Positions 29,195 through 39,856 of a DNA stretch of 64,000 bases are shown here, piece by piece; the stretch's first letter is position 1, and the number at the start of each line of letters is the position of its first letter. Where the stretch lies: positions 124,001-188,000 of the IMG/VR virus record IMGVR_UViG_3300035661_000001; one strand, written 5' to 3'. A model generated the notes under the pieces. It saw nothing but the letters and a program-made list of their open reading frames with translations, was not told where the DNA came from and did no database searches. The translations under genes were made by a program, and so were the position numbers.

Positions 29195-29839
29195 ATGAAT
29201 ACTAAATATGATTTGGATTTTTTAGAATCTAGGTGGGCGGCGCATTTCTCTTCAAAAGAAAAGAAAAGTTTAAAAGAGAAATTCTCCAAACAAAGAGAAA
29301 ATATTCTTTTCTTCAAAAAGAAAAAGATTTTTGCCCCTCCGCCACAAGTCAATGATATTGATTATCATCAAATATTAAACGCCGAACCAAATCATACTAT
29401 TTTGATTGTAGGTGGAGAGGGGAAATCTGTTTTCCCCAATTCAAAAACATTTAATCTATATCCAGGCGCGCACGCAAATGTAACTGGAGATATTGCTCGT
29501 ACTTGTTTCAAAGACGAAACATTTGATGTAGTTTTTTTCGAACGAATTGGTTTTTGTAAATCTGTGCTCAAATCAAAATGTATTAGTGCTAAATTTAACT
29601 CTTTAAAAGAAGCTTATCGTATTTTAAAACCAAATGGCAGATTAGTTTTAATTACTGGAATTCTATATGAAAAAATTGTAGAAGATTTCTTAAATCAAGA
29701 AGGCAAATGGTCGCCAGCCTCAGAAATGAAAATATTAAATTCTGAATTACCAATTGATAAATTTGCAAAAATAACAAATGAATTTGTATACAATCCCTTG
29801 CATTTTTTAAGACGAAAAGAAATTAATGATAAAAAATGA
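29195..29839 (+). CDS. class I SAM-dependent methyltransferase-like protein
   Basis: LIVGGEG; FKDETFDVV; EAYRILKPNG.L. Confidence 0.65.
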   Translation: MNTKYDLDFLESRWAAHFSSKEKKSLKEKFSKQRENILFFKKKKIFAPPPQVNDIDYHQILNAEPNHTILIVGGEGKSVFPNSKTFNLYPGAHANVTGDIARTCFKDETFDVVFFERIGFCKSVLKSKCISAKFNSLKEAYRILKPNGRLVLITGILYEKIVEDFLNQEGKWSPASEMKILNSELPIDKFAKITNEFVYNPLHFLRRKEINDKK

Positions 29840-29900
29840 TAAGATCTATGAAAGATCTGATATATGAATTGGTGGAGTTTAATTCCACACAGGAGATTAT

Positions 29901-30817
29901 ATGTCACAAGAAAAATACACGCTCGAAATTATTAGTCACAGCCCTAATTTCAAAAATAAAACATTGAAAAAATATGCAGTGGACGGTATTGATACTATCG
30001 GAGCTTGGGCGATGAACCATTTGAATTGAAATTTAAAAATAATACTTTTTCTAAAGTTCAAGTCAGACTATCGATAGATGGCACTGATATTTTAACAGCC
30101 TTGCCTGCTACTACCGGAACTGCTGGTTCTATGTGGGTAGTTAATGGTCATGATACTTTGTCATTAAAAGCTTGGCCAGAAAATAGTAAGAGTGGTGCTA
30201 GTTTTGTTTTTACCAGTGCTCAAAATAGCGTTGCGCTACATACTCATGGAGATTTAAGCAGCCGTGGAATTATTGCAGCCGCTGTTTTTGAAGAAGGTTA
30301 TGTAGAGCCAATTAGATTTGTAAAATACGTTGATATTTCTGATTCTGGTAGAGTTGGATCAGATTCTGATCTCAGAAGCTATGACTATAGCTGTTCCGAT
30401 TCAATCACTTCAATTCACGAATCATTGAGCTTTAATGATTGTGGTCCTGTTGCAGCTGCTGGTCCAGCTAGCGCTGAACCTACAAAATCATCAGGTGAAT
30501 TTTCATCAAGAAGACGCGCTAAAGAATTACAGAGTTTAGTTGCAGTTGGCGCAGGCAAACAGGTTGAACAAGAAATAACTTATGTTAAAGGATTGAAACA
30601 ACCTATATTGGCTGAAACTGTTAAAGTACGTTATCTTTGGTGGGATGAATTAAAAGCTAAGTTGAAGGATCAAAAACCAGAAGACATCCACCCATCAGGT
30701 TTTCCGGGCGACAAGGCTCATAAGATAATAAGCTTAGGGGCTACGCCAAGAATTGGAAATCAATCTAAAAAATTGAGACGCGACGGAAAAGTATCACAAG
30801 AATTTTCGAGATTTTAA
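29901..30817 (+). CDS. hypothetical protein (1-nt frameshift near 30008)
   Basis: aggag RBS then ATG 29901 MSQEKYTLEII..IGAW, continuing GDEPFE in another frame. Confidence 0.65.
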
Positions 30818-30853
30818 TCTTCCCATCAGCGAAGACACATGCAGTTGAATAAC

Positions 30854-30885
30854 AAAATGAGCAACCCAGGTTGCTCATTTTTTTT
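30854..30885 (+). terminator. intrinsic terminator
   Basis: aaaatgagcaacc-ca-ggttgctcatttt plus T run. Confidence 0.75.
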
Positions 30886-30899
30886 ATATAGGACAAATT

Positions 30900-32279
30900 A
30901 TGAGAATTAATTATCTATTTGACACTGATAGTTACAAAGTTTCACATTATTTACAGTACCCACCTGGTACTACTAGCATGTTTAGTTATATCGAATCCCG
31001 GGGTGGTGATTATGATTACACGGTGTTTGCTGGGCTCCAGTACATCTTAAAAGAATACTTGACGTATCGTGTCACGGCTGAGGATGTAAACCGAGCTAAT
31101 GCTCTTTATACGTTACATGGCGAGCCTTTTAATTACGAAGGCTGGATGTATATTGTAAACAATTTGAATGGTAAATTGCCATTGAGAATTCGTGCAGTCC
31201 CAGAAGGAACTGTAGTTCCGGGTCATAACATTTTAGTCAGCATTGAATCGACGGATCCAAAAGTGTTTTGGGTAGCATCATGGATGGAGACTATGCTCTT
31301 GAGAGTTTGGTATCCAATTACGGTCGCGACCAGAAGTCATAAAATCAAAAGTATAATTCATAAAGCTCTCGAAAAATCATCTGATGATCCCGATGTTGAA
31401 ATTATGTTTAAACTTCATGATTTTGGATCAAGAGGTGTATCAAGTCAGGAATCAGCTATGTTAGGCGGATTATCTCATTTGATTAATTTCCGAGGCAGTG
31501 ATACTATTGCCGGTATTATTTGCGGCATTGATTACTATCATTGTGATATGGCTGGGTTTAGTATTCCAGCAGCCGAACATAGTTCAATTACCTCTTGGGG
31601 TAAAGAAAACGAAGTTGAAGCTTATCGAAATATGATTAAGCAATTTGCTAAGCCAGGAGCATTGGTAGCAGTTGTTTCTGATTCATATGATTTGTATAAT
31701 GCTTGTGAAAAACTTTGGGGAGATTTGCTTAAGCAAGAAGTTATTGATTCTGGAGCAATTGTGGTAATTAGACCGGATTCTGGTCATCCACCAACAGTTG
31801 TTTTGAAAACTGCTGAAATTCTGGCATCCAAGTTTGGGCATACAGTCAATTCAAAAGGCTACAAAGTTATCAACAACGTTCGTATTATCCAGGGTGACGG
31901 AGTGAATGAGCATTCGATTAAAGAGATTTTAGACAATCTTATGGGTGCCGGATTCAGTGCCACCAATGTTGGTTTCGGCATGGGCGGTCAGCTTCTACAG
32001 GGATTGAATAGAGATACCTTGAAATTCGCTATGAAATGCTCAGACGTTATCGTGAATGGCAATCACCGAGATGTATTTAAGGATCCCGTCACAGATCATG
32101 GCAAAAAGTCCAAGGCTGGCAGATTGGATCTAGTACGGATTAAGGATGGTTCTTACAAGACTATTAAGTTGCCACCAGGCGCTGTTTCTTGGGGCAATTC
32201 TGTCATGAGAACGATATACGAAAACGGAGAGATTTTGGTCGATGATTCTCTAGACACTATCAGAAGTAGAGTTACATGA
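30900..32279 (+). CDS. nadV: nicotinamide phosphoribosyltransferase (NAMPT)
   Basis: TDSYKVSH, LHDFGSRG, SIPAAEHS, VSDSYD, IRPDSG, IQGDG, GFGMGG, KDPVTD.GKKSK.GR. Confidence 0.95.
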   Translation: MRINYLFDTDSYKVSHYLQYPPGTTSMFSYIESRGGDYDYTVFAGLQYILKEYLTYRVTAEDVNRANALYTLHGEPFNYEGWMYIVNNLNGKLPLRIRAVPEGTVVPGHNILVSIESTDPKVFWVASWMETMLLRVWYPITVATRSHKIKSIIHKALEKSSDDPDVEIMFKLHDFGSRGVSSQESAMLGGLSHLINFRGSDTIAGIICGIDYYHCDMAGFSIPAAEHSSITSWGKENEVEAYRNMIKQFAKPGALVAVVSDSYDLYNACEKLWGDLLKQEVIDSGAIVVIRPDSGHPPTVVLKTAEILASKFGHTVNSKGYKVINNVRIIQGDGVNEHSIKEILDNLMGAGFSATNVGFGMGGQLLQGLNRDTLKFAMKCSDVIVNGNHRDVFKDPVTDHGKKSKAGRLDLVRIKDGSYKTIKLPPGAVSWGNSVMRTIYENGEILVDDSLDTIRSRVT

Positions 32280-32294
32280 TATATGCGTTAAGTT

Positions 32295-32443
32295 TCAAGC
32301 ACCCAATTCCAGCCCTAATTGATGCTGTAAAAATTGACAGCGCCATCACCCATCAGTCGAATGATGCTGAAGCGGGAGCATTAGCAATTGCTTTGGCGAC
32401 AGCTTATATTACCAATCATGATACTGACAATTTGAAAAATTAA
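32295..32443 (+). pseudogene. internal fragment of a second ADP-ribosylglycohydrolase
   Basis: LIDAVKIDSAITHQSNDAEAGALAIALAT aligns with LIDFAQTDASITHNSPEPKAGSMAIALGT of 11982..12893. Confidence 0.65.
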
Positions 32444-32478
32444 GATCTGGGAGTGCAGATGAGTATGCTGTTTTTATA

Positions 32479-32790
32479 TTGTATGATACTCGTAGTAACG
32501 ATAAAAAACGCAAACTAGATAATAATCTTACATTGGATTTCATTAAAACAACTTTATCGGTAGGTAAGTGTTCTTATTGTGAAGAATCAAAATACAAACT
32601 TACACTTGATCGTATAGATAATAATAAAGGTCATACTACTGATAATGTAATTGTTAGTTGTAATAATTGCAATATCATTAGAGGAAATATACCATACGAT
32701 GCTTGGATGTGTATTGTTCCCGGTGTTAAGAAAGCGCGCGAGTTAGGTTTATTAAATAATTGGTCGGCTTATAACAGGAGATTTGGATAA
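32479..32790 (+). pseudogene. C-terminal part of HNH-type endonuclease
   Basis: CSYC..LTLDRIDNNKGH..DNV..SCNNCN; no convincing start. Confidence 0.65.
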
Positions 32791-32792
32791 CT

Positions 32793-33755
32793 ATGGGATG
32801 CTGGTCAGGAACATGCGGGATTACTCAACTTCCAATCAAAGCTGGCGATAAGATTCGTGCTTTTATCCTAGTAGATAATACTTACAAAGGTGAAGTGCGG
32901 GGCGGCGGAAATTATTATCCGCATGATGAATGGATGCCACTTGGTATTTCTGTTCAAGGCACTTATGATGATTATGGCGGAATGGAAAATATCGTCGAGA
33001 ATGAAACAACTCATCTTATGCTTGACCTTCTTAAAGAAGGTTGGTCAATAGATGGTGAGGATAAATCAAGATATAACATTCCAGATACTAGCAAGCTTAA
33101 ATTGGCTGATGTTTTGAATGGCGTCGAAAGAGACGCAGCGAAATATAGCACTCTTTGTCGAAAAAATAGAACGCTTGGTATTATGTATGTTTTGGAAGAA
33201 GTATATCAGTCTATAATGGAGTTTGATCCAATTGGTGTACATTATACTAAACCAGAATACCAATATAAACCAGAAAAAAGTATCTTCGTAGAAGAACTCA
33301 AAAAGTGGTATGAACAATCTTTGTCAAATTTTGCGAGTTTACTATCTGGAGATGACAAAACAAAATTCTTATTCAGAATGGCAACGGCTGATATTTTCTC
33401 CGCTCATCATAGAGATAACGAATTATTTCATATCTTGAGAACCAAGTTCGTTGAGTTAATTGAAGCTGGAGTTCCATTTGATGATGCTAGGGTCCAGACG
33501 TGGTGTAATCCATTATGGGAAATGTCTCATTTTCAAATCACAATGATGCGTGCTAGAAAGTTCTGGCACCCCCAAAGTGGCAAAGGCAGTCAAAATCAGG
33601 ACCTCGATATTCATAAAAAATTGCAAGAGGCAGTGTCCTGTGTTATTATGAGGCGAGAGTTGGAATCCGAAGAGGATGGTCGCGCCGCGCCTGATGAAAA
33701 TGGATACTATCCATACATGTTAGAACAAAACGCCAAAGTACATAGCAAAATGTAA
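32793..33755 (+). CDS. hypothetical protein
   Basis: 320 aa ORF (MGCWSGTCGITQLPI; G.YDDYG). Confidence 0.75.
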   Translation: MGCWSGTCGITQLPIKAGDKIRAFILVDNTYKGEVRGGGNYYPHDEWMPLGISVQGTYDDYGGMENIVENETTHLMLDLLKEGWSIDGEDKSRYNIPDTSKLKLADVLNGVERDAAKYSTLCRKNRTLGIMYVLEEVYQSIMEFDPIGVHYTKPEYQYKPEKSIFVEELKKWYEQSLSNFASLLSGDDKTKFLFRMATADIFSAHHRDNELFHILRTKFVELIEAGVPFDDARVQTWCNPLWEMSHFQITMMRARKFWHPQSGKGSQNQDLDIHKKLQEAVSCVIMRRELESEEDGRAAPDENGYYPYMLEQNAKVHSKM

Positions 33756-33766
33756 ATTCGAGTATT

Positions 33767-35416
33767 ATGACCAAGAAAACAAATAAATATCCACCCAAGA
33801 AGCCTGACAATTCACATATAGTCAAGGCGAACCCCAAAAGAGATTGGTCTAGATATCAGAAAGATATTTTCAAAGATATCGCTAAAGGGAACGATCATAC
33901 TGTCGTCATTGCTCGTGCTGGTAGCGGTAAGACCAGCACGATTATTGAAGGATTTAAATATATCCCCCGTGGTAAAAAAACTTTAATGGTGGCTTTTAAT
34001 AAGTCAATAGCCGATGAGTTAAGAGAACGCGCGCCGTCGTACATTGAAGTTTTTACACTTCATTCTCTTGGGTTCCGTGCGATTAAACAAAGTTTTGGCG
34101 AAGTCACGCTAGATAACGACAAATGTAGAATAATCGTAAATGATCTTATTGGTAATGATCGTGATTTATGGTATTTAAATCAAAATATTTGCAAATGTGT
34201 TTCTTTATGTAAAGGTTTTTTATGGGACACTCCTGCGCGTATTGAAGAGTTAATTGAAAAATTTGGAATTGAAACTTTTGATTTAACAAAAGAGCAATTC
34301 ATACAACATGTTATCAAAACTCTATCTCTATCTAAATCTCAAAAACAAATAATAGATTTTGATGATATGATCTATTTCCCATTTGTGTATCGGCTTAATG
34401 TTGGTAAATTTGATGTAGTTTTTGTAGATGAAGCTCAAGATTTAAATACAGCCCAAATGGCAATGGTCTTGTCTGCTTGTAAAATGGGTGGTAGAATTAT
34501 TGCTGTAGGAGATCCTGCTCAAAGCATTTATCAATTTCGAGGAGCTGATAGCGAAGCTATTCCAAATTTCATCAACAAATTAAAAGCTAAAACCCTTCCT
34601 CTATCAGTAACATATCGTTGTCCTAAAAAAATAGTTGCTCTAGCCAAAGAAGTTGTTCCAGATATCGAATGTCCAGATTCCGCTATTGATGGTATCGTTG
34701 AAAATATTAAATCTAGCGATTTATTAAAAATGGTAAGACCTGGTGATTTCGTACTATCTAGAACCAACGCGCCCCTGATTAAACACTGTATGGCTTTATT
34801 AAAAGCTAATATACCTGCCAATATTCAAGGAAGAGACGTAGGAGCAAATTTACTCTATTTTATTAAAAAATCTAAAGCGAAAACTGTAAATACATTTATT
34901 TCATATGTAAATGAATGGAGAGACCAAGAAGTTAAAAGATTGCTTTATGAAAAGAAAAATACCGAAAATTGTCTTGATAAAGCAGAATGTCTACTTAATC
35001 TTTGCGAGGGCGCTTTAACTATTAAAGATCTTCAAGAGACTATAGAAAAACTTTTTGATGATGATGATGATGATTCTAAAAGAGTTATTCTTTCTACCAC
35101 TCATAAAGCAAAAGGTTTAGAACGAGATAGAGTCTTTATGTTGGTTAATACATATCGTTATGGTCCAGGTGTAACTGGAGAAGAGGCGAACTTGTATTAT
35201 GTAGCTATGACTCGAAGTAAAAAAGAACTCTATATGGTTAGAACCTCAAGCAAATACTCTAAGTTCGATAATAAGAAAAAGAAACCAATGATTGATCCAA
35301 ATACAGGAGAAATTCATAACCCTTGCTCTAAATTCTTATGTGATGGCTGCGATGAATGTTGTGATTCTGATCATCATTTTATAGATCATTATTATAGTGA
35401 AGGCGCTTTTGCATAA
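33767..35416 (+). CDS. UvrD/Rep-like superfamily 1 helicase
   Basis: ARAGSGKT, VDEAQD, GDPAQSIYQFRGA, TYRCP, THKAKGLE, YVAMTR. Confidence 0.93.
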   Translation: MTKKTNKYPPKKPDNSHIVKANPKRDWSRYQKDIFKDIAKGNDHTVVIARAGSGKTSTIIEGFKYIPRGKKTLMVAFNKSIADELRERAPSYIEVFTLHSLGFRAIKQSFGEVTLDNDKCRIIVNDLIGNDRDLWYLNQNICKCVSLCKGFLWDTPARIEELIEKFGIETFDLTKEQFIQHVIKTLSLSKSQKQIIDFDDMIYFPFVYRLNVGKFDVVFVDEAQDLNTAQMAMVLSACKMGGRIIAVGDPAQSIYQFRGADSEAIPNFINKLKAKTLPLSVTYRCPKKIVALAKEVVPDIECPDSAIDGIVENIKSSDLLKMVRPGDFVLSRTNAPLIKHCMALLKANIPANIQGRDVGANLLYFIKKSKAKTVNTFISYVNEWRDQEVKRLLYEKKNTENCLDKAECLLNLCEGALTIKDLQETIEKLFDDDDDDSKRVILSTTHKAKGLERDRVFMLVNTYRYGPGVTGEEANLYYVAMTRSKKELYMVRTSSKYSKFDNKKKKPMIDPNTGEIHNPCSKFLCDGCDECCDSDHHFIDHYYSEGAFA

Positions 35417-35430
35417 AATACCATAGAAGT

Positions 35431-36645
35431 ATGGTAAAATTCAAAATGATAGGGAGAGATATAAACTCTTCTCCAACTCAATATAGAACATGGGTAGTTA
35501 ATGAAGAGCCTGATTTTACTGGATTACAATATTCAGGTTTAAAATCAGGTGATTCGCCTTTAATCAATATTGAGCCTTATCTTATTCCTGATGATTCAGT
35601 TGCAGATTTTAATCTTCCAGATCCATTACAATGGGAAACTACTTATAAAGTATTACCAAGTCCTGTCGCTAGTAGCCAAGTAGCTATTATTGATGGATAT
35701 GCTTATTTATTTGGTGGCAAGGTTTCTGGAAAAATATACAAAGCTTCCCTTAATAATCCGACATTTTGGGAAGATACCCAGGCGCAACTTCCATCACCAC
35801 TATATGGATCTCAATTAGTCATTATAGGCAGTTTTATCTATTTAATTGGTGGTAATGATAGCTCTGGTTCTACTAGCCATATTTATGGCGCTCATGTGGA
35901 CGATCCTTTAACTTGGTTGGATTTAGGACCCAAATTACCAACACCTGTACAAAATGCGCAAGCTATTATTGCCAATAACAATATTTATTTATTAGGAGGC
36001 AAATCAGATGCAAATACAGTTTTGGATAAAATCTATACGGCACCCGTATCAGATATTTTAAATTGGACAGATTTAGGGTCTCAACTACCTATACCTTTAC
36101 ATAATTCTCAGGTAGGAATTGTAGACGGATATGCTTATTTATTTGGAGGATCTAATACTGTTAATAGCTTGACTGATAGTATTTGTCGAGCATCTTTAAA
36201 TGATTTATTAAATTGGGATATTTCGGGATATTTACCTTATCAATCGGCAAATGGACAATTCATTATTGTCGGTGATAAAGGATATTTAATAACTCCTACT
36301 GACGGATATGGAATTGATGGTTATTCAGCCCCACCTTCTTCTGGGACGAAAATTTTTCAATGTAATTTACATGATCCAAACCAATGGATTGATACCGGGA
36401 AAATTGTTCCAGGTGAAATATCAGAATCACAAATAGCTATTATATATGATAGAATTTTTCTATTTGGTGGTAATGCTAGCACTGTAATTTTTGCCAGTAA
36501 CATTAAATACAAATATCTGTTAACAAATTTGACCGCTATTGAATATGGTTACGTTACTCGAACATTGGTAGAAAATGCTTCTTCCAAATTAGATTTATTT
36601 CAAATTTTAGGTTTCCCGCCGTGGAAAAGCGATTATGAACGATGA
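35431..36645 (+). CDS. Kelch-like beta-propeller protein
   Basis: Repeats of YL(F/I/L)GG....IY.A.....W...G..LP. Confidence 0.8.
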   Translation: MVKFKMIGRDINSSPTQYRTWVVNEEPDFTGLQYSGLKSGDSPLINIEPYLIPDDSVADFNLPDPLQWETTYKVLPSPVASSQVAIIDGYAYLFGGKVSGKIYKASLNNPTFWEDTQAQLPSPLYGSQLVIIGSFIYLIGGNDSSGSTSHIYGAHVDDPLTWLDLGPKLPTPVQNAQAIIANNNIYLLGGKSDANTVLDKIYTAPVSDILNWTDLGSQLPIPLHNSQVGIVDGYAYLFGGSNTVNSLTDSICRASLNDLLNWDISGYLPYQSANGQFIIVGDKGYLITPTDGYGIDGYSAPPSSGTKIFQCNLHDPNQWIDTGKIVPGEISESQIAIIYDRIFLFGGNASTVIFASNIKYKYLLTNLTAIEYGYVTRTLVENASSKLDLFQILGFPPWKSDYER

Positions 36646-36725
36646 GCCCATCGTTGTTTTGAGCATTTGCCTTAAATGAATAAAGGTAAATAATTTACCT
36701 GCTTTGAACTTGCCAGAGGTGTTTT

Positions 36726-37118
36726 ATGAGTAAGCAATGCCGCGTCTGTGATTTATCCAAAAGAGGTTTCCCTGAATATTACGGAAGCTGTGAAGAAATT
36801 ACGATAGATTTTAAATGCCTTATGTGTAAAGGTGTTAATAATGTTATACACCATGCTAATGACAGTGTTTTCACGGGTCAAATATTTGAATGTAATATTT
36901 GTCATAATTATATTCAATATTATGATGATGATGATATGCTTCTATATAAATATGAATTTTATTATGACGAATTATTAATTGTTAATGATTTTGAATCAAA
37001 ACAAACGCATATTTCTTTTGACCCTTTATACGAAGCAGTTATTACATTACCATTTATTGAATTTTCAGATAAAGATCGTTTCTTCAAGAAAATTAAATCC
37101 TTAATCATTTTTTCGTGA
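36726..37118 (+). CDS. Zn-ribbon hypothetical protein with shared C-terminal motif
   Basis: Three CxxC; LPFI..; ends KIKSLIIFS. Confidence 0.7.
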   Translation: MSKQCRVCDLSKRGFPEYYGSCEEITIDFKCLMCKGVNNVIHHANDSVFTGQIFECNICHNYIQYYDDDDMLLYKYEFYYDELLIVNDFESKQTHISFDPLYEAVITLPFIEFSDKDRFFKKIKSLIIFS

Positions 37119-37122
37119 GCCT

Positions 37123-38991
37123 ATGAAGCGTATTAAAGAGTTAGAAAAGAAAATCACCAGTGCTCGTAATGACTATTATAATGGTCAAACTGAAATTTCA
37201 GATCAAATCTACGATGCCTGGGTAGATGAATTAAAAACATTAGATGCTAATAATCCCGCCGTAACTGCTATTGGAGCGCCCGTTGCCCCTTCAGAATGGA
37301 AAAAAGCTCAGCATAAAATTCCTATGGGATCTTTGGATAAAGTCAATTTACCAGAAGAATTGACTAAATGGGTTGAAGACCACGCGGCAAATGAATTGCT
37401 ATGGGTAGTAGAAAAATTAGATGGAATAAGTATTGAATTAGTTTATGAAAATGGTAAGCTAGTATCAGCTATTACTCGTGGTGATGGTACTATTGGCGAA
37501 GATATTACTTCAAATGTTATTAACATGCGTGGAGTTAAAACTAAATTAAAAACCAAATTCACAGGTTCTATTCGTGGTGAGATTATTATGAATAAAAGTA
37601 TTCATACAGAACACTTTTCTGAGAAAGCTAACCCTCGTAATGCAGCATCAGGTACCTCTAAAAGATTAGATGGTGTTGGAAGCGAATATTTGAATGTGAT
37701 AGTTTATCAAGTATTAGGGGATGAAGAATTTCAAACCGAATCTGAGCAATTCGAATGGTTAACTAATCATGGTCTTTATGTGCCTAATTATGGATTGTTT
37801 AAATCTGCGGAAGATGTTAATGCATATTGGAGAGATTATCAAGATAAATTTCGTTCAGTATTAGATTACGATATTGATGGTTTAGTTATTAGAATAAATA
37901 ATTTGACTGTTCAAACTGCTTTGGGTGATAGAGATATGCGTCCCAAAGGAGCTATTGCTTTCAAATTTGATAATGAAGCTCGCGAATCTGTTATTCGAGC
38001 TATTGTTTGGCAAGTTGGTAATTCTGGCAGATTAACTCCAGTTGCTACGGTCGATCCTGTTATGTTGGTAGGTGCATCTGTCAGTAGAGCTAGTTTGTAT
38101 AACATAGCATATGTGCAACAATTAGGATTAGATGTTGGAGCCACAGTATTAGTCGCAAGAGCTAATGATGTAATTCCAAGAGTTGAAGCATTGATTACTG
38201 GTACAGGAACTGTATTGTCCGCCCCTACTCATTGTCCAGAGTGCAATGGATTAGTAGAAATTTCAGGAGAATTTTTAAATTGCACTAATAGTGCAGGATG
38301 TCCAGCACAAGTACTCGGTAGAATTGAAAATTGGGTCAACGAATTAAATTTGTTGGAATGGGGAGAAGCCCTTCTATCTAAATTAGTGAAATCCAATAAA
38401 GTTCTTAAAGTACCTGATCTTTATAAGTTATCTGTAAATGATCTTATGGAATTAGATCGTATGGGCGAAGTCTCTGCTCAAAAATGCCATGATATTTTGT
38501 GGAAATCGTCGGAAGTTCCATTAGAAGTATTTTTGGGAGGATTATCCATTCCATGGATTGGAAAATCCACTATAAGACTTTGTATGACTGCCGGATATGA
38601 TACTTTAGATAAGTTAGAAAAATGTTCTGTAACTGATTTTGAAAATATTCCAGGGTTAGGTCCAGTCAAAGCTAAATCTTTATTTGATGGAATCAAATCA
38701 AATTATGAATTAATGCTAGAGCTTTTAGACAATGGGGTTACTCTTAAACAAGTGGTAGTTGGTAAGCTTAGTAATACTTCTGTGTGTTTTACTGGAGCCA
38801 TGGTTAATAAAAGACCTTTATTAGAAAAAATGGCAATAGATGCTGGGGCTGCTATAAAGAGTTCTGTTGGTAAAGGATTAACATATCTTGTTATTGCCGA
38901 TCCAAATAGTAATACTTCTAAAGCAGTTTCTGCTAGAAAACTAGGAACTAAGTTACTATCGGAAGAAGATTTTTTGGAACTTATTAAATAA
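37123..38991 (+). CDS. ligA: NAD-dependent DNA ligase
   Basis: EKLDG, TRGDG..GED, RGE, NPRNAA.G, IDGLV, AFKF, Zn finger, HhH, BRCT. Confidence 0.97.
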   Translation: MKRIKELEKKITSARNDYYNGQTEISDQIYDAWVDELKTLDANNPAVTAIGAPVAPSEWKKAQHKIPMGSLDKVNLPEELTKWVEDHAANELLWVVEKLDGISIELVYENGKLVSAITRGDGTIGEDITSNVINMRGVKTKLKTKFTGSIRGEIIMNKSIHTEHFSEKANPRNAASGTSKRLDGVGSEYLNVIVYQVLGDEEFQTESEQFEWLTNHGLYVPNYGLFKSAEDVNAYWRDYQDKFRSVLDYDIDGLVIRINNLTVQTALGDRDMRPKGAIAFKFDNEARESVIRAIVWQVGNSGRLTPVATVDPVMLVGASVSRASLYNIAYVQQLGLDVGATVLVARANDVIPRVEALITGTGTVLSAPTHCPECNGLVEISGEFLNCTNSAGCPAQVLGRIENWVNELNLLEWGEALLSKLVKSNKVLKVPDLYKLSVNDLMELDRMGEVSAQKCHDILWKSSEVPLEVFLGGLSIPWIGKSTIRLCMTAGYDTLDKLEKCSVTDFENIPGLGPVKAKSLFDGIKSNYELMLELLDNGVTLKQVVVGKLSNTSVCFTGAMVNKRPLLEKMAIDAGAAIKSSVGKGLTYLVIADPNSNTSKAVSARKLGTKLLSEEDFLELIK

Positions 38992-39046
38992 TTGTAGCTC
39001 CCATCCAACATTTACCCTCATCGCGTTAATAAATTGGTATTATTTT

Positions 39047-39856
39047 ATGCGGGAAAAATCGAAATACATTTGGCTCACAGATACTCACCTGAATAAGGTG
39101 AATCCAATCACTAAAACTTCTTTTATTTATCGGTTACGCCAAGAAAAACCTAAAGGTATCTTTTTGACTGGAGATATTTCTAATGGTTTATTGACAGGAT
39201 TTGATTTAAAAATCATGGCAAAATTTCTGGGGTGCCCTATTTATTTTGTATTAGGGAACCATGATTATCATTTTTCTTCTTCTTTTGAAGATACTCATGT
39301 AAAAATAAGAGAACTTTGTAAAGAAAATCCAAATCTTATATGGATGACAGAATCTGATCCAATTCCTTTAACTGAAGAAATTGCAGTTATTGGAACTGAA
39401 GGTTGGTATGATGCTGGTGCTGGAAATGCTAAATATCTCAAGGTTACCCCAGACTGGTTGATGATAAAAGAACTGCGCGATCTTTCAACAATGGAGGATC
39501 GCGTTTTAGCTTTTCAAAAATTAGCTGATGAAAGCTGCATTAAAATAACTAAAAAGTTGGAACAAGCTTTATCTCAAGGCTACAAAACAATTTATCTTTT
39601 AACTCATATCCCTCCGTGGAGAGAGGCAACCCGTAACGTAGGGACAATTTTTGAGAATTTTTGGCTGCCCTATAATGCTAATTTAAGATTAGGGGACACT
39701 ATTGAAAAAATCATGAAAAACCATCCTGACAGACACGTTATATGCTTGGCAGGACATACTCATGATCCAAAAACAGTTCGTATATGTTCAAACATAGAGT
39801 GTCATGTAGGGTATCCTTATGATAAAAAATATTGGGGTCATCCTATATTTATTTGA
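39047..39856 (+). CDS. metallophosphoesterase (calcineurin-like)
   Basis: DTH, TGD, GNHD, TH.PP, GHTH. Confidence 0.9.
   Translation: MREKSKYIWLTDTHLNKVNPITKTSFIYRLRQEKPKGIFLTGDISNGLLTGFDLKIMAKFLGCPIYFVLGNHDYHFSSSFEDTHVKIRELCKENPNLIWMTESDPIPLTEEIAVIGTEGWYDAGAGNAKYLKVTPDWLMIKELRDLSTMEDRVLAFQKLADESCIKITKKLEQALSQGYKTIYLLTHIPPWREATRNVGTIFENFWLPYNANLRLGDTIEKIMKNHPDRHVICLAGHTHDPKTVRICSNIECHVGYPYDKKYWGHPIFI

Noticed and set aside
19844-39011. Antisense and alternate-frame ORFs in the track (e.g. 19844..20305, 22540..22902, 24524..24790, 34531..34821, 38703..39011)
   Set aside because: They are shadows of confident genes or tRNAs on the other strand or frame.
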